Source of the DNA: Haplodiscus bocki
Lineage: Eukaryota
DNA length: 64,000 nt
Assembly: GCA_965655095.1 (NCBI GenBank)
Contig: OZ296650.1
Coordinates: 94,426,001-94,490,000, forward strand
Reading direction: 5' to 3'
Shown piece after piece: positions 1-12,899 of this stretch; position 1 is the first letter of the stretch, and every line of letters begins with the position of its first letter. Made by a program: the position numbers and the translations under genes. Below the pieces are notes generated by a model. The model had not been told where the DNA came from and made no database searches. It was given only the letters and a program-made list of their open reading frames with translations.

Positions 1-859
1 ATCATCATTCGAATGGGTGTCAAACTGTATTTCGGCGAACGTTGTCCCGAGGAGGAGGAAGAATTAAATAGTGGGGAAAAATGCCAGCTTCTCTTAAAAT
101 GGCCTAAACAAGGCATCAAAGTTAAGCAAATGGCAATTGAAGCACGCGTGCCGGACAGTTAGTGAAGTTACAAGTTCTTATTGTTGTGTTTCTTCTTTTT
201 CGGGTGATGAAAGTATTGTTAGGTCCCGAGGAAGCTTGGCTTTGAATAGTGGTTGCGCTTTGCCTTGTTGTTTGGCGGTAGTACGCAAAGACCGGGAGGT
301 GTTCGAAATGTCAGTGGAGGGTGAAGCACTCCGAATTACTTGCTTAAACAAGTGCGGAGTGTTTCAGGACTGTTCGACTGTGAAGATCTATAGAGTCACT
401 GACGGTGATTGTGAGAAGAAGCAACTATGGGAGGGTCAATCAGTGACGGACATTGGACGAAAGTCGCTCCTTGAGAAGAGGCGGATGAGAACTGACGGTT
501 ACGAGGATGTAAACTAGATCGGGGTTTTACGAAAAGAGTGGGTGAAGTACAGCGTTAGTGGTCAAAAGGCCTGATTGAAGAACGTGGACTGCAGTGGCAC
601 TCGGAAGAAAGGAAGAGGGGCGGGGTTGAAGAGGAAGCGGGATTTGGCAAACGTCAATATCAGGAGATTGTAGAATAGGAAGAGTCTTTCTGATTAACTA
701 GGGCTCGACACGTCATTGACAAGGGAATTATAAAAGTTGGAAAAGAATGACCACAGTGTGCATTGTCAGAAGCGGGGACCTGAGGTGCCTGGGAACCAGT
801 ATGGCGGTTAGTGGTTCAATTTTGAAAATCAATTACAATTGGTATTGAGCCATGACAGC

Positions 860-2000
860 CTTTTAGACGATCATCAGGTCCAACTTGTTTTTTACCGGTG
901 CAGATTGCTCTTATTTGATAGTTAACATCATTCAATTATTTTAAAATACACTAAAGACTTTGCCAAGGGTTGGAAAGTTTGGGACTTCGCCCAACCGGGA
1001 ACTCAGTGTAAGGGGGAAGAACGTGTTTTCCTTCCTTCTAAGTGGGACCATGCACACGTTTGTTGTACAGACTGTTGCGACGGCGTTTTTGGGCAGTACT
1101 ATTGCGTCTAACAAGCTCTTACGCATGGCGCAAAACATTTTGTCTCTGCAACACGCAACTGTTCAAACATTCCAGCTCGTCGTCTTGAGGAGGTGAGTAT
1201 ACCAAATCAAGGGGTAGTAAAGAAAGTTCTTGTACAAATACTAAATACTGAGGGATGTAGCCGGTGGAAGTGTGGACTGAGGTACGATAGGCCATCAAAT
1301 TGAAAAGAAGTTGAGACGACTAATTCGTTTTTTTTTCAACGACGCATTTTGCAACCATATTGAGAAGCATGCGGTTTATTTGTTCGACCACGGAATTCTA
1401 TTTAAGACGAAATGCTGTTGTTCGAGTCATGTCAATTTCCAACTCATTTAAAAGATGAGCGAACGATTCAGACTCAAAACTTTTACCACGTTAGGTATGA
1501 ATGCTATTTTGGCAGATGGGACGACAGATCCAGGGTTCCAGGAGAAATGCACTTGTTATAGCTGCTGTTAGATTTGCGAGTTGAATTGCTTCGTACTTTA
1601 AGGTAAAGCGATCATCGATCAACAAAAAATAACGGCACCATTCGAGAAAGTCAATGGACCTGAAACATCAAGTCCTATGTGAAGGAAAGGATAACAAATC
1701 TTCCAATGAACAAGAGAGTGACGATGCTTTTGCAGAGTTTCCGAAAGTTTTTGACTATTCGCACATTGATGAAGATGCTGCTTTCCATCGGTTTCAAATT
1801 TAGGCCAAATAAATTATTGGCGATGTTTCTCAAGAGCATTGTAGGCACCAAAATGGCCAGAAATCACAAAAGTGTGAAGGGGATTGATAACCTCATTGAC
1901 CAAAGATGGCAGAACAGTCTGTTGCACATAGGCTGGGCGGCCATCATTAGCCTCAAAGTTTCGGACAAAGACCGCAATTTTTGAGGTACAAAAATCTCAA
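860..2000 (-). pseudogene. Gypsy integrase (HHCC zinc finger plus catalytic core), disrupted
   Basis: Hand translation: 'LH..SGHFGAYNALEKHRQ*FIWP...HQC', 'YPFLHIGLDVSGPL', 'GKNFESESFAHLLNELEIDMTRTTAF...VVEQINRML'. Confidence 0.85.
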
Positions 2001-2189
2001 CTGATTATACATTTGCCATCCGAAACGAGGCAGTCCGTTACGGTCGTTGTTTATTGGAAAAATGTTCCCTTTCATCCAACGACGGACATGTTCGAGGGAC
2101 TCATAGGTTTCCTGTCCCTGGGCAAATGCACTGGGCGGTCCACTTTCAACAACATATTTGCGGGTTTCTCTTTCCTGAGCTGGCGAAAT

Positions 2190-2600
2190 GTTTACTACTC
2201 ATCGGACAGATGAAGTTACAAAAGTTTCCTTGACGAGCATTTTAAATTTATCCCAATGTAATTGATCTAAGCTTGTTCCAATGCAAAACATACTAGGTCT
2301 AGAAAGACCCTTGTTTTCAGCATGTGTTCGCAATTTCTCTAATGAAGCTCGAAGTGTGCTATACGTCAGCTTTTTCTTCTAGTTTTGCTTTCTTACAAAG
2401 TGGAATAAATAACGGTGTGTTCCAGGTAGCCACTGGGGCCATAACGGAGTGTAACTGTGGTCAAGATGATGGGGTATTTCGTGGGAATTTATCTTTTAAA
2501 GTAATGGACAATTCCCGCAGGTGTTTTAGAATCTGCAGAGACACAATGAGGAATGATGTCCGTGGAGTCGAAAACGTTGCCGATTACTTCCTGGTAATTG
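2190..2600 (-). pseudogene. Macrodomain (TARG1/OARD1-like ADP-ribose hydrolase fold) within Gypsy pol, disrupted
   Basis: 'YQEVIGNVFDSTDIIPHCVSADSKTPAGIVHYFKR', then in a shifted frame 'RYLFHFVRKQN*KKKLTYSTLRASLEKLRTHAENKGLSRPSMFCIGTSLDQLHWDKFKMLVKETF'. This parallels OARD1-family motifs (GDLF...AHCISED..MGAGIA..FK; RYIYYLITK...PTYE.L..SL..M; SMPRIGCGLD.L.W). Confidence 0.85.
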
Positions 2601-2689
2601 TTGATTGTTGTGGCTAATTTTGGAGTTCTTTGCTCAAGCGAGATAAAAAGATGGTTGCTTTCAATTGCATTGGTCGAGTTTGGGAGAAT

Positions 2690-3970
2690 GCGAGACAACA
2701 CATCTGCATGACCGGGGGATTTGCCGGGTCGATGGATCTCTTCGTTGTCAAAAGCTGCAAGTTTTTCTAACCACCTTGCAGTTATTCCATCGGGGTCCTT
2801 GAAGCTGTGTAACCATTGAATTGTGCTATGATCAGTTAGGAGTGCGAATTTTTGACCAAGGTTACAATGGTGGAAGTGGCGTGTGAAAATGACAGGGGCT
2901 AGCAGCTTTCGGCGTGAAGTGGAGTACTTTGTTTGTGACTGGGAAAGTGATTTAGAAGCATAGCAAATAGCTCGCTCTTTGCCAGGCTGCAGTTGTGCAA
3001 GTATGGCACCCATAACAAATTGACTCTCTTCGGTGTAAAAGATGAATGGTTTTTTGAAGCATGGGAACGCAAGTATTGGGGTGGAGGTGAGTTTCAATTT
3101 TAAAAACTCAAATGCCTCCTGGGTTGCAGGTGTCCACTCAAATTTGCCGAAGTTTCACTAGTTTTGTGCAAAGGACATGCTATTGCCGGAAGTTTTGTGA
3201 AAAATCTTGGGTAACACGAGGCAAGTCCTAAAAACGACTTTATTTCAGTTTGAGTTTTTGGGACTGGAAATGTTTGAACGGCTTCCACTTTGCTAAGATT
3301 AACCTGTAGTCCGTTTGTACTTACTAAGTGACCTAGGAATTTTAACTATGTTCACAAAAAATCACCTTTGTCTTTAAGTTGTGTGCGCAAAATTGTTCAG
3401 AAACTAGTCTCATTGGTTCTACGTGTTCTTCGGGGGTCAACGAAGAAATGACAAAATCGTCAACATAAAGCACAGATATTTTCCAAGTTAGACTAACAAG
3501 CACTTTTTTCGACCAGACAATCAAAAGCCGGCAGGCTTCCAGTTAGTCCACTCGGCATGCTTAGCCACTTGAAAGATCCAAACGGTGTGCTGAAAGCCGT
3601 GTAAACCTGCGCTGATTTCAGCATAGGAACCTGATAGAATCCACCGAACATATCAAGCGAGGTGAAATAAGCAATACCTTCCAACGTGTTAAATGTTTCC
3701 TTAATAGAAAGAATGGGCCATGTCGTTTTAGTAGTCTGTTTATTCAATTGACGATACTTAACGACTAGTCGCAGTTTTCCGTTGTTTTTGGACTAACATA
3801 ACCACTGCACTGTATGGGTTATGAGATGGTGTTATTGACACTTGTTCAAGAAGAACAATAATGTTTTCTGCAGGTTCTCTTCGTATTGTAACGGCATCCG
3901 ACGACTGGGATTTTTCATAGGTTTCGATCCAGGCTGTACTTCCAATCGATGCCTTGCGGCAACCCACTTA
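2690..3970 (-). pseudogene. Gypsy reverse transcriptase plus RNase H, frameshifted
   Basis: ORF-track pieces: 'PSHNPYSAVVMLVQK', 'YFTSLDMFGGFYQVPM...TAFSTPFGSFKWLSMPSGL', 'LYVDD', 'FPVPKTQTEIKSFLGLA', 'ICYASKSLS...TDH...RWLEKL...HRPGK..HADVLSR'. Confidence 0.92.
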
Positions 3971-4499
3971 CCTAATTCAATTGAGATATGGACAAATATC
4001 GGGAGATTTTTTCACTAAGGACTCGAACAGGTCCTGAAATGGCTTTGGGATATCATTATGAATTGATTTTTTGAACATTCAACAATCGTAATTGTTGTTT
4101 TTGATTAGCTCTGGTAGTGGTTTGGGCATTTTCGAAATGTTATTTGTCAAAACGTTTGGTACAATTTTGGAAAATCCTATTTAAATGTTTCTGTACATCT
4201 TGATGTTTTCTTCCGTTGTCAATAGCTATCTGAATGACCTCTTCAGTGAAGTCAAACAATTGGTTAGCTGCGGACACTTCGTTACTTGTTTTAAACGAAG
4301 TTTTGTGTTGGAATAGTGCGCAGACTTGGATGGATTAGGGGTTGTGTCCACTTGGGTTTGTGAGCTGGAATGATTTTCGTGCGACCAGTTGCTACTGAGA
4401 GCGTCTCAGTCAAAATGACTCAAAATAGGTTTTCATGGCCATAGTTTCACTGTTTGTGTTACAGGGGAACAAGGTTGTGTGAAACTATCTTTAACCGCA

Positions 4500-5950
4500 G
4501 CAGAGAAAACAGCGGGTCACATTTATTTGTTTCCAAAAAAATCTAGTCTTAGCGAACAATCGGCTTCAGATTTGTTAAGGACGAAAAAATCATGCTCATT
4601 TGATTTCCATCCAATTTTTACAGGTACACGGACGACACCTTTTACCTCAACGGGTAATCCGTTTGAAGCTCGGAGTTGCTTCTGACATGGTTTGAAATCG
4701 AGTTTGTGAAGCTGCTCTGTTTTGTCATAATTGGGAGGACTAAATCATGACACACTAGCGCCGCAATGACAGACTACTTCAATTTTCTTTTCACATATTT
4801 TCATTTAATAAAAACACTGCGAGGATCTGCAATTGAGTTAAAAGTTCTCCTTGTTTGTGTGCCTTTCTTGTAATGTTAGTCTGTCCGGAGACGCACCGGC
4901 GCAGATTCGTTTATTTCAAATTACTTGACCTTGTGCACTAATGACGGAAAAATCCAATTTTGAAGCCATTGAAAGGACTTTACAGTCTCTGGAATTTTGA
5001 TTAAATTTTTTGCAATGCGTGCATGTTTGATTTTATGACCTGGTTGTACTGATGTAGCTTCATTGTCCAAGATTAGGATTGGGGTCATGTGTGTTTTGGT
5101 TTTGTGATTGTGGTCTGTTTTGTGCGTTTCGACAGTTAAATTTTATGATTTTGCGATTGTGTTCTGTCATTGTGCTGCAACTGAAATCGAAACGGTATAT
5201 TTAGTTGTTCTGGCTTACTCTCTCTGGAGTCGTATCTTTGGCCATATCCGTGGCGTGAATGGTCAGGATTGTCTTGTCGATTGCGCGAAGGTTTGTGTAG
5301 TTTTCTGATGTCTCGTTTGTGATTTTCATATCTGCTTCATGTGTTCTCCCATGAGTCATTCTGATTTCTCTCGTCCTTGGAAATGTCTTTTTCTCACTCT
5401 CGTCTACAAAAAATATCGCGTGATGCTCTGTTGCGAATCTGTGGCACGTCATTGGTGTCCCGTCTAAGCGAGCGGAAAAATTAGTCAAAAATGGCGGTGT
5501 TGTCGGTCAAGAATTCATTAGTCACGTGGTCCACACCAGCTAAGCTGCCACTGGCAGTCCCGGTGGGGTTTCTTCACTCTAATTTCAGTGACGTTTGGAG
5601 TTCGAGGGCTTCTGTCAAAGCATTGTCAGCGGATTCGGGTTCCAATTTTCTCAGTTACCATTAGAAGGTAGTGTTCTTCAGGCCTTCTATGAAACTAGTC
5701 AAAACAGTTTGCTCGAGTAAATGCGAGTGGTTGCGATAAACGCGATTAGCTATGGTGCGAATGTCGCAAACAATTATGCTTATGTCCCGTCCTGGTTGTT
5801 GCTTGGCAACCTTCAGTCGAGTTTTCAAAGTTTCTACGTTTGTGGTCTATTTTTGGTGGAAACCATCCACCAAAAGATGAGAGTCATAATGGTGTATTCT
5901 TCGGAAAATGTTGGAATGAGCGGCGTTGCCTTTGAAACGAAACGCAAAAT
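4500..5950 (-). pseudogene. Gypsy gag and aspartic protease remnants
   Basis: Capsid-like 'RLKVAKQQPGRDISIIVCDIRTIANRVY...LTSFIEGL', CX2CX4xX4C knuckle, degenerate DxGA-type site 'CHCGASVS'. Confidence 0.7.
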
Positions 5951-8900
5951 GTTGAGGTTGGAAATCGTTTGAGCATGGGCGATACCAGCCTGACAAGTAT
6001 GCGGCTGTTTTAACTTGCCCAAACTATTCCTCAGAATCTCCAGTGCTGTTGACAGGTCCTGCCAACCAGCATGTAGGAAGAGATTGTGAAAAACCGGGTA
6101 ATAAGGTTGGTGCGGGCGGAACAAAAACTGGTCCACCTTTAAAAACTGTGGAAAAGTGACCGCCAAAAGCTGATGTTCAACTTGGTTGCCAGACAATGAA
6201 GAAGCGTTTGCTTTGTCACTAGCGAGCTCTATGTTGGTGTTTTCATTCTCTAAAGCATCGGTTCTTTCAACGGAATTGACCACTGTTGCTATGTAATATT
6301 TTATTCGCAAAAAGAAATTAAACGAACGGATTGAAACACAATACGCAGGGTACATGGACATGAAAAGTATCAATTCTCCAAAAATGTCCTCGTTAGTCGT
6401 TTTGTCCTCGTAAAACTGTTTATAATGTGTCAAACGAAAAAATGAAATTCGCCAGGTTGATGTGTGCTGAAAAAATTCTGAATAAAATTCACCAAGTCCT
6501 TGCTAACCAATGATTTTGCCAAAAAAATTTGATAGAGTCACCCTGTGAGTGCTACACAATCTTGTTGCTATGTAAACTTCCGTGCTTCGGTGAATTGTAG
6601 AAAACTGTAAGCAATGGTTTTCGTCTTTTTCTGGATAGAGGGCCATAAAATCATTCAATCATTTTCAGTATCCACGTAGGTGCCCATGTACTTAAGAATT
6701 TCTTCGTATGGTTGAAGAATAATGAAATACGTGTCAAGGTGAGAAGTGTTTGTGATGCAAATTTGTTCAAGATTGCTCCATTCTGGCGTTCCAGAGTGAA
6801 CAAGGCAAGGCGAAACTTCTGCAGGTATGTTACTTTAAGGCCGATGAGAAGCAGTGGTCCACCGTAATCCCAAAAAAATCGTTTGATCAATAGTTGACCA
6901 AGAAACGATGAGATCCAAAGAGGGGGGGGGGGTTGACGTTAATTTTGGTGGATTCGTGGTGCAAAAATTATGTATGGACATCCAACTTGACGGTTGGTTC
7001 TAGTTTTTATCGTGTTTTTATGAATAAGTGAAAATGCGTTACAACCAAGCGAGTGTTTCAGTGAGCAATGGTTGTTACTTTCTAAGCTCGGGATGGAAGT
7101 GGCCAATAGTTGAAGATTCGTGACCCAACTTTGAGCAAAATTTAGGGTAAACGACTGCAACTTTGTTTGTGATGAAGTTCCGGAGGGACTATTACCTGTA
7201 CGTGAAGAACTCGCTGGGGGACCTGAGTAAAAAAATGGATTTCCTCTAGTTTAAATATCATGCGGAGGTATGGACTGTTCGGTGCTAAAGGTAGCGTGCG
7301 TAGAGGTCAGTTTTCGACAGCTATCTGGGAATGATCCTGTGGACAGTGGTAGCAGGGAATTATTAGCGCTTGTTTAGGTAAATTCGGCAAAGGACAGACG
7401 TATACTGTAAACAAGCTCATGCGCCACGTTGACGGGGTCTGTTGTTGCGAAAATACCGGCTTTTTAGTTTTCGGTGATCGTCGGACACTTCCTTCTACAT
7501 CCCGTTCTGAGTGTTAATTTGGATCAAACAAGTCACAACCAATCGTTGTGACCGGTTCGGAATGCATACTTGGCCATGAATTATCAAAAGTAATAAAAAA
7601 GGATGCAAAAAAGCAAGAACGAACTCAAACAAGGTGTGCTGGGGTCAGAAAATCGAGGACAGGAAGCGTTTCGCGTATATAGAGGCAGGGGATTGTCAAG
7701 GTTATGACGGTTTTGAGCAAAAACATGAATTTGGTTAGTTTGGCTATGAAGCATAGATTGGGGTTTTGGGGGTATTTGGCCAATCTATTTCAAGTTTTCA
7801 AGAAAGTTGGTTCACAATTTGGGACTTTGGCTTTAAGTTAACAACTTATTTGGTATGGGTATGGCAAAATCTGGTGTGAAATCCAAACATTTTCTAACAG
7901 AGGTTAGTTTAAGTTCTTTGGAAACTAGTTTAACTTGAAAGCAAACTGAAATTGAAAAAAATTCTGAACGTACTTTTGAGTTAAAGAAAAGTTTCCTCAA
8001 AAGAGTCTGCTTTCCCGTGCCCATGTTGAATTCCTTACCTTATGGCCCTTATCTGCCAATTGAATGGAAGTTTTTGCAAAAGAATACAACTACAGTTAGC
8101 GCGCGAAATGTTCCGGGAACTAGAATTTGAGGCAGTTTGAAAAAAAAGAAGATAAGTCACGCTAATTAAAACAATTGCTGAGTCTATATTGACAAAAACA
8201 ATCCCACTGCTGTTACCAATTTTACAATCGCGACTTGTTGTCAATTCTAAGACAAGAGTTTGTTCTCCAATTTTACTTTAGGGTGCGTGGACGGTTGTAG
8301 TGGTATGGTAATTGCTTTCCTTTTTGTTATTGTTCTTGAAAAAATTGAAATAAGTTAAAGATATGAATTTATAAAATTATGGTTTTAAATATAATTTGCG
8401 AACTTACACTGTTATGTTACCGCAAAGAAAGGAGAGAGACTTTGTACAAAAATTGGGAAGTTGAAAATCCACTGGTTGCCGTCGGGCTTCTAATTGTAGT
8501 GATGACAATTTCAGGTCTAGTTTTCGACAAGTCTACTGAGTAATGCTTAATATTTTTGAGGACAGGTCTTGGAATTAGGTGGGGGCAAATCGAGGATTTC
8601 AATGCAAGTGATTTTGTAATTTAAAAACACGGCTTGTATAGACTTCAAAAGCTTATAGTGGTCTTTTATAAAGGCACGTTACAAATACAAGGTTTTGCAT
8701 CAAGTGGTCAGTCTTTAAATAAAGTACTTTTACAAAATTTTTGAATAACGTGTTTGTGAAATTGAATTTTATAAAAGTACTGATAAGGGAGTAATGTTTT
8801 TGTCTCGCTTCTGTCAAGGGATCTCGATTCACTTGACAATCTGTCAACTTTTACCTAATTAAAGAGATATAAAGTCTTTTTTTTGTTTTTTACTGGGGAA

Positions 8901-11125
8901 CCCCTACCATTTTTGTTTAATTTATCTTTCTGCCACTGGCTCTGTTCCTCCTTAGCTTGTCAATATGATTGGCGCCACACGTTGTCTAGTCAAGTCTGTT
9001 ATAATGACAAAACTATAAGGAAGAATGGTAACAGCCCCGTGGGCATGCTGAAATTTTTCCTGAAAATCTAAAATTTAACAAAACACCGAAGGTCGCCCTA
9101 CAAATATTGTCAGTCTTGGGAGGCAATACCGACTCTGGTTGTTCTCGACTTGGTTAATTTAGTAATTAATGTCTCGCTTCATGATTAATTTTTTTTATGT
9201 CATCTTTATGCATCTCGCTTTATTGCTTAGGTCAATAGTTATAGTACTCTCGAAAGTATAGACAGGGAGGAATAAACAAGAAAAATGATAAAAATTAAAA
9301 GTGCGTTCTCGCAAAAAATGCTGTTTTAGAAAAAATCTAAGAAAAATGGCTTTTTGATTTTTTAGGAGAGCCAAGATAATTTCATTCTTGAAGTCAGTCG
9401 ACTTTTTTTGATTTATTCCAAATTTGTTCCTTGAGTGAATTAGTCTACATTGAGAAGCTCTTCAAATTCAACATGACGATAAGTGTTAAGCAAAACGCGA
9501 AGGTGAAGCTTGCCAAAATATATCTTCGGATATTAGGTTCATGTCACGGTCCAGGGATTTCAGCAGAGTAATTGGTGTTGAATTTTGTTTTTTTTTCAAG
9601 ATTCACTCCGGTCAAATTTTGCCTGTATTTTAAAATTTCGTTTGGTTTCTGTAAATGAATGCTCCACGTAGACATTGACTTCCTTGATTTCCACAAAATG
9701 GCAAATTGAAGAGATAATGGCCACTTGGCATGTATTTCGCAAGTAATTCGGAGGAAACACATCGGAAAACGGTAGAACTACAAAAAATTGGCAGTCGGAA
9801 CTCTTCAAAAAATGAAATTCAATTGGCTTGGCAACAGATTTTTGGAATACTCGGTTACCTTCTGAAAGCTCCTGAGTGTATTTCTAACAATAGCAGAGAG
9901 CGATCATAAAAATTTGAAATACTGCATTGAGACGTGAACGAAATAAACAACAGTCAGGCCACTGACAACTGAGTTATCACGTTTTTAAAAAGTTGACTTT
10001 GCGGGTTAACGTTTCAGCCTAAAAGGTTATCAAGAAATATTTTCCGCAAAAAGTTTTCCAGTCGAAAGATCTGGTAGATACTTGAATGTCTAATAGTCAT
10101 TTTCCAATATGGTTAATGAATGAAAAAAAACGAGTGATTTCACTAACGAAACCTCTTTATGTTGGGGATTGAAAATTAGGACCTTTGATCTTTCAACCTT
10201 TTTTTAAAACAACATTCGCTTGCGGTCATCATGATTTCATAGTATACATTAACTCAATCGCACCTTGTTCATTACTTCAAGGAATGATGTATGATGTGAA
10301 AGATGTTACACATTAATTTGGAATATACTTGAAAATTACAATTCCAGTAGTAACTTTAGGGGCAGAAAACTTCGTTGTGTCAACAATCCCTTCCAAAGTA
10401 ACACTTATCCAGTCTGTCATCCCCAGTTATTCTTTGATACTGAGTCTGCTGCTTGTTTTTCAACAGAATGATAAGTTTCGGACATGTGTTTTTGTCCATT
10501 TTGCGGGCAGACTTTCAATTAATGCCCACAATTAATACCCGCCCTTTCAATATAATGCCCACAAATTAGATCACGTACGAGCTCTAAGTATATGGTAAAG
10601 AACTGCTTTTAGAGTACTGCAGTCAAGTCCGGAAACGCGAGACTCAGTGCAATGGCGAGATGCTTGAAAAGCAATTATTTAATAAGTTTACAACAAGTGC
10701 TGCTACAAGGCCATGAAAAGAAGCTCAAAAGTTTCCACTTCAAAGGCAAACGGAAGGAAAACAAACAAATATTTCTAACTTGAAAATGCTTTCCAAATTT
10801 TGTTTAAAAAATGTTAACGAATGTCTAGAATGTTTACGAAAGCATGTTTAATTCAGTTCTACATACCATTCGAACTTTTAATAGTTGATATATGAAAAAG
10901 TTCTCTCTCAGACCATCTCAGACATCTTTCAGACCATCGTTTACCAAAAATCATTCCTCTTCTGCCCAGAGGGTTATTTTTGACGAACTTTGGTAAACTA
11001 CCGGTGCCAACTAATTTTTCGAATGATTTCAGTCGAGGACAGGTTAATGGACGGACGACCTATTTAATGAATTAGTGGACGTTGCACAGCAATCTTTCAT
11101 TCGACACTAGAGACATAGACCTCTA

Positions 11126-11927
11126 CAGTAGTGTGAGAAAAGAAAGGAATCTTTTATTTGTGAATTAATACTGGAACGATATATATACTTGCGTAATACT
11201 CAAAAACAACAGAAAATCACAAATTATGTTCGAAACAAAAGTTTCTTAGAAATTTATCTAGTTTACAATGGTGTTTGTTTGAAATTTCTAAGATCATTAT
11301 TATAGAAGTTAGCAGATTTTGCACCTCTATGTATTAAAATAGGAGGTTGATTTTGTGTCACAACTTTCGATGTGTTAAGTACCTTCTACTCCATTTTTGT
11401 TTACATTTCACATACTTTCAAGATGCCCCTCATCCACTGATTACCTTCAGAACTTGGCAGCTCCCCAGTTTTTACACTATCAAAATGGCGAGACATTCTT
11501 TAAGAAATGACACCCTTTACAACGTATTAACATTGGGATGACTACTTTTTCTTACAGAATGTCTCCGCATATGGATAGTGTAAACACTAGGGAGCTGCCA
11601 ACTTCTGAGTGTAATCAGTGGATGACGGGCATCTTACAGTATATGAAATGTAAACAAAAACGGAGTAGAAGGTACTTGACACATCGAAAGTTGTGACACA
11701 AAATCAACCTCCTATTTTAATACATAGAGGTGCAAAATCTGCTAACTTCTATAATAATGATCTTAGAAATTTCAAACAAACCCCATTGCAAACTAGATGA
11801 AATTCTAAGAAACTTTTGTTTCGAACATAATTTGTGATTTTCTGTTGTTTTTGAGTATTACGCAAGTATATATATCGTTCCAGTATTAATTCACAAATAA
11901 AGGTTCCTTTCTTTTCTCACAGTACTG
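11126..11927. mobile_element. Fold-back MITE with ~380 bp inverted arms, Tc1/mariner-like ends
   Basis: The left arm (CAGTAGTGTGAGAAAAGAAAGGAA...) is the reverse complement of the right arm (...TTCCTTTCTTTTCTCACAGTACTG). TA flanks both ends (11124-11125 and 11928-11929), termini are CAGT/ACTG, the loop is ~45 bp, and there is no transposase ORF. Confidence 0.88.
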
Positions 11928-12899
11928 TAGTCTCGTCTCACAGACTGAATGTCCACAGAGACAGCGATGATGAAGCATTCAAGCAAAAATACAGTGCTGT
12001 GATGAATAAGCCGAACATAAGGGTGTGATAAAGAAACAAACGCCAATGAATTATCAAATCATGCGGAAGAACTGTAGAAGGAAAAGTTTCTTAGACTTTG
12101 CATTAGATTACAGTGATTTTTGTTGGAAAACTTCTAAACCAATATTGAAAAAGTTTGCGATTGCCAGTTGAGACTATTTTTGTTCTGTGATTTTGAATTA
12201 GAAGAATTTTCGCAGTTTTATACTCCTAATTTATTTCAAAATTGTTACTGTATTTTATTTCACTTTAACTATTACTTTTCTGGATATTTCAGATAGCTAT
12301 TCAATTTCTCAGTCCGAAAAATGAAGATTTTGATGATTTTGAATTGCTCAGAGCGCTTTTAGACGGCAAATTGTCAATTTTCTCTAAAATTCCGATTTTG
12401 TTGGCATTTCATCGCCCATTGAGACTACTTTACTTCAACTAAGTTAACAAGATCTCAGAAATAATTTTTTCTCAGTCGTAAAAATTCCGAAAACAAACAA
12501 AAATGGTCGAAAATTGCAACTTCAAAATTTTACAAGCAACCAAATTTGTACTTTAATTACATGATTGAATTTTGAGTTATTGACCATCGAAAATAGTATT
12601 TTAGCAGACGTTATTTTTGGGGAAAACTTAACTGTTTCATTTTCTATCACACCCTTGGGCTCGATTATTCATCCCGGCACTGGATTGCTGTTCACGAGTC
12701 GGCAAATGATTTTTGATTCCGACGAGTCCGAAAGAATGTTTGCTCGAAATTAACTAATTCATATATTTTTTTGAGAACGTCGCTATAATCTGAGGAAAGT
12801 AGTAGAACTAATTACCCAAAATGCTGCTTGGTCAAAAATTTTTACGTACATTCCCAATACTCGGGCATAAATAACATATAATACTGAGAGTACCCATCA

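Larger units (their letters stand above)
1..7500 (-). mobile_element. Degenerate Ty3/Gypsy LTR retrotransposon internal region (gag-PR-RT-RH-macrodomain-IN); LTRs not resolved
   Basis: Minus-strand fragments in Gypsy order: gag capsid-like 'KQQPGRD...FIEGL' (~5600-5900), Zn knuckle 'CTHCKKFNQNSRDC' (~4985-5025), protease-like 'VVCHCGASVS' (~4760), RT 'LYVDD' (~3460), RNase H 'YASKSLS...TDH', integrase after RNase H. Many stops and frameshifts. The upstream boundary is approximate. Confidence 0.9.

Noticed and set aside
7420-8980. Primer-binding site or LTR of the Gypsy element (GCGCCACGTTG at 7421, TGGGGGC...GGAT at ~8580, GGCGCCA at 8971)
   Set aside because: Partial matches only, one on the wrong strand, and no second LTR in the window to confirm.
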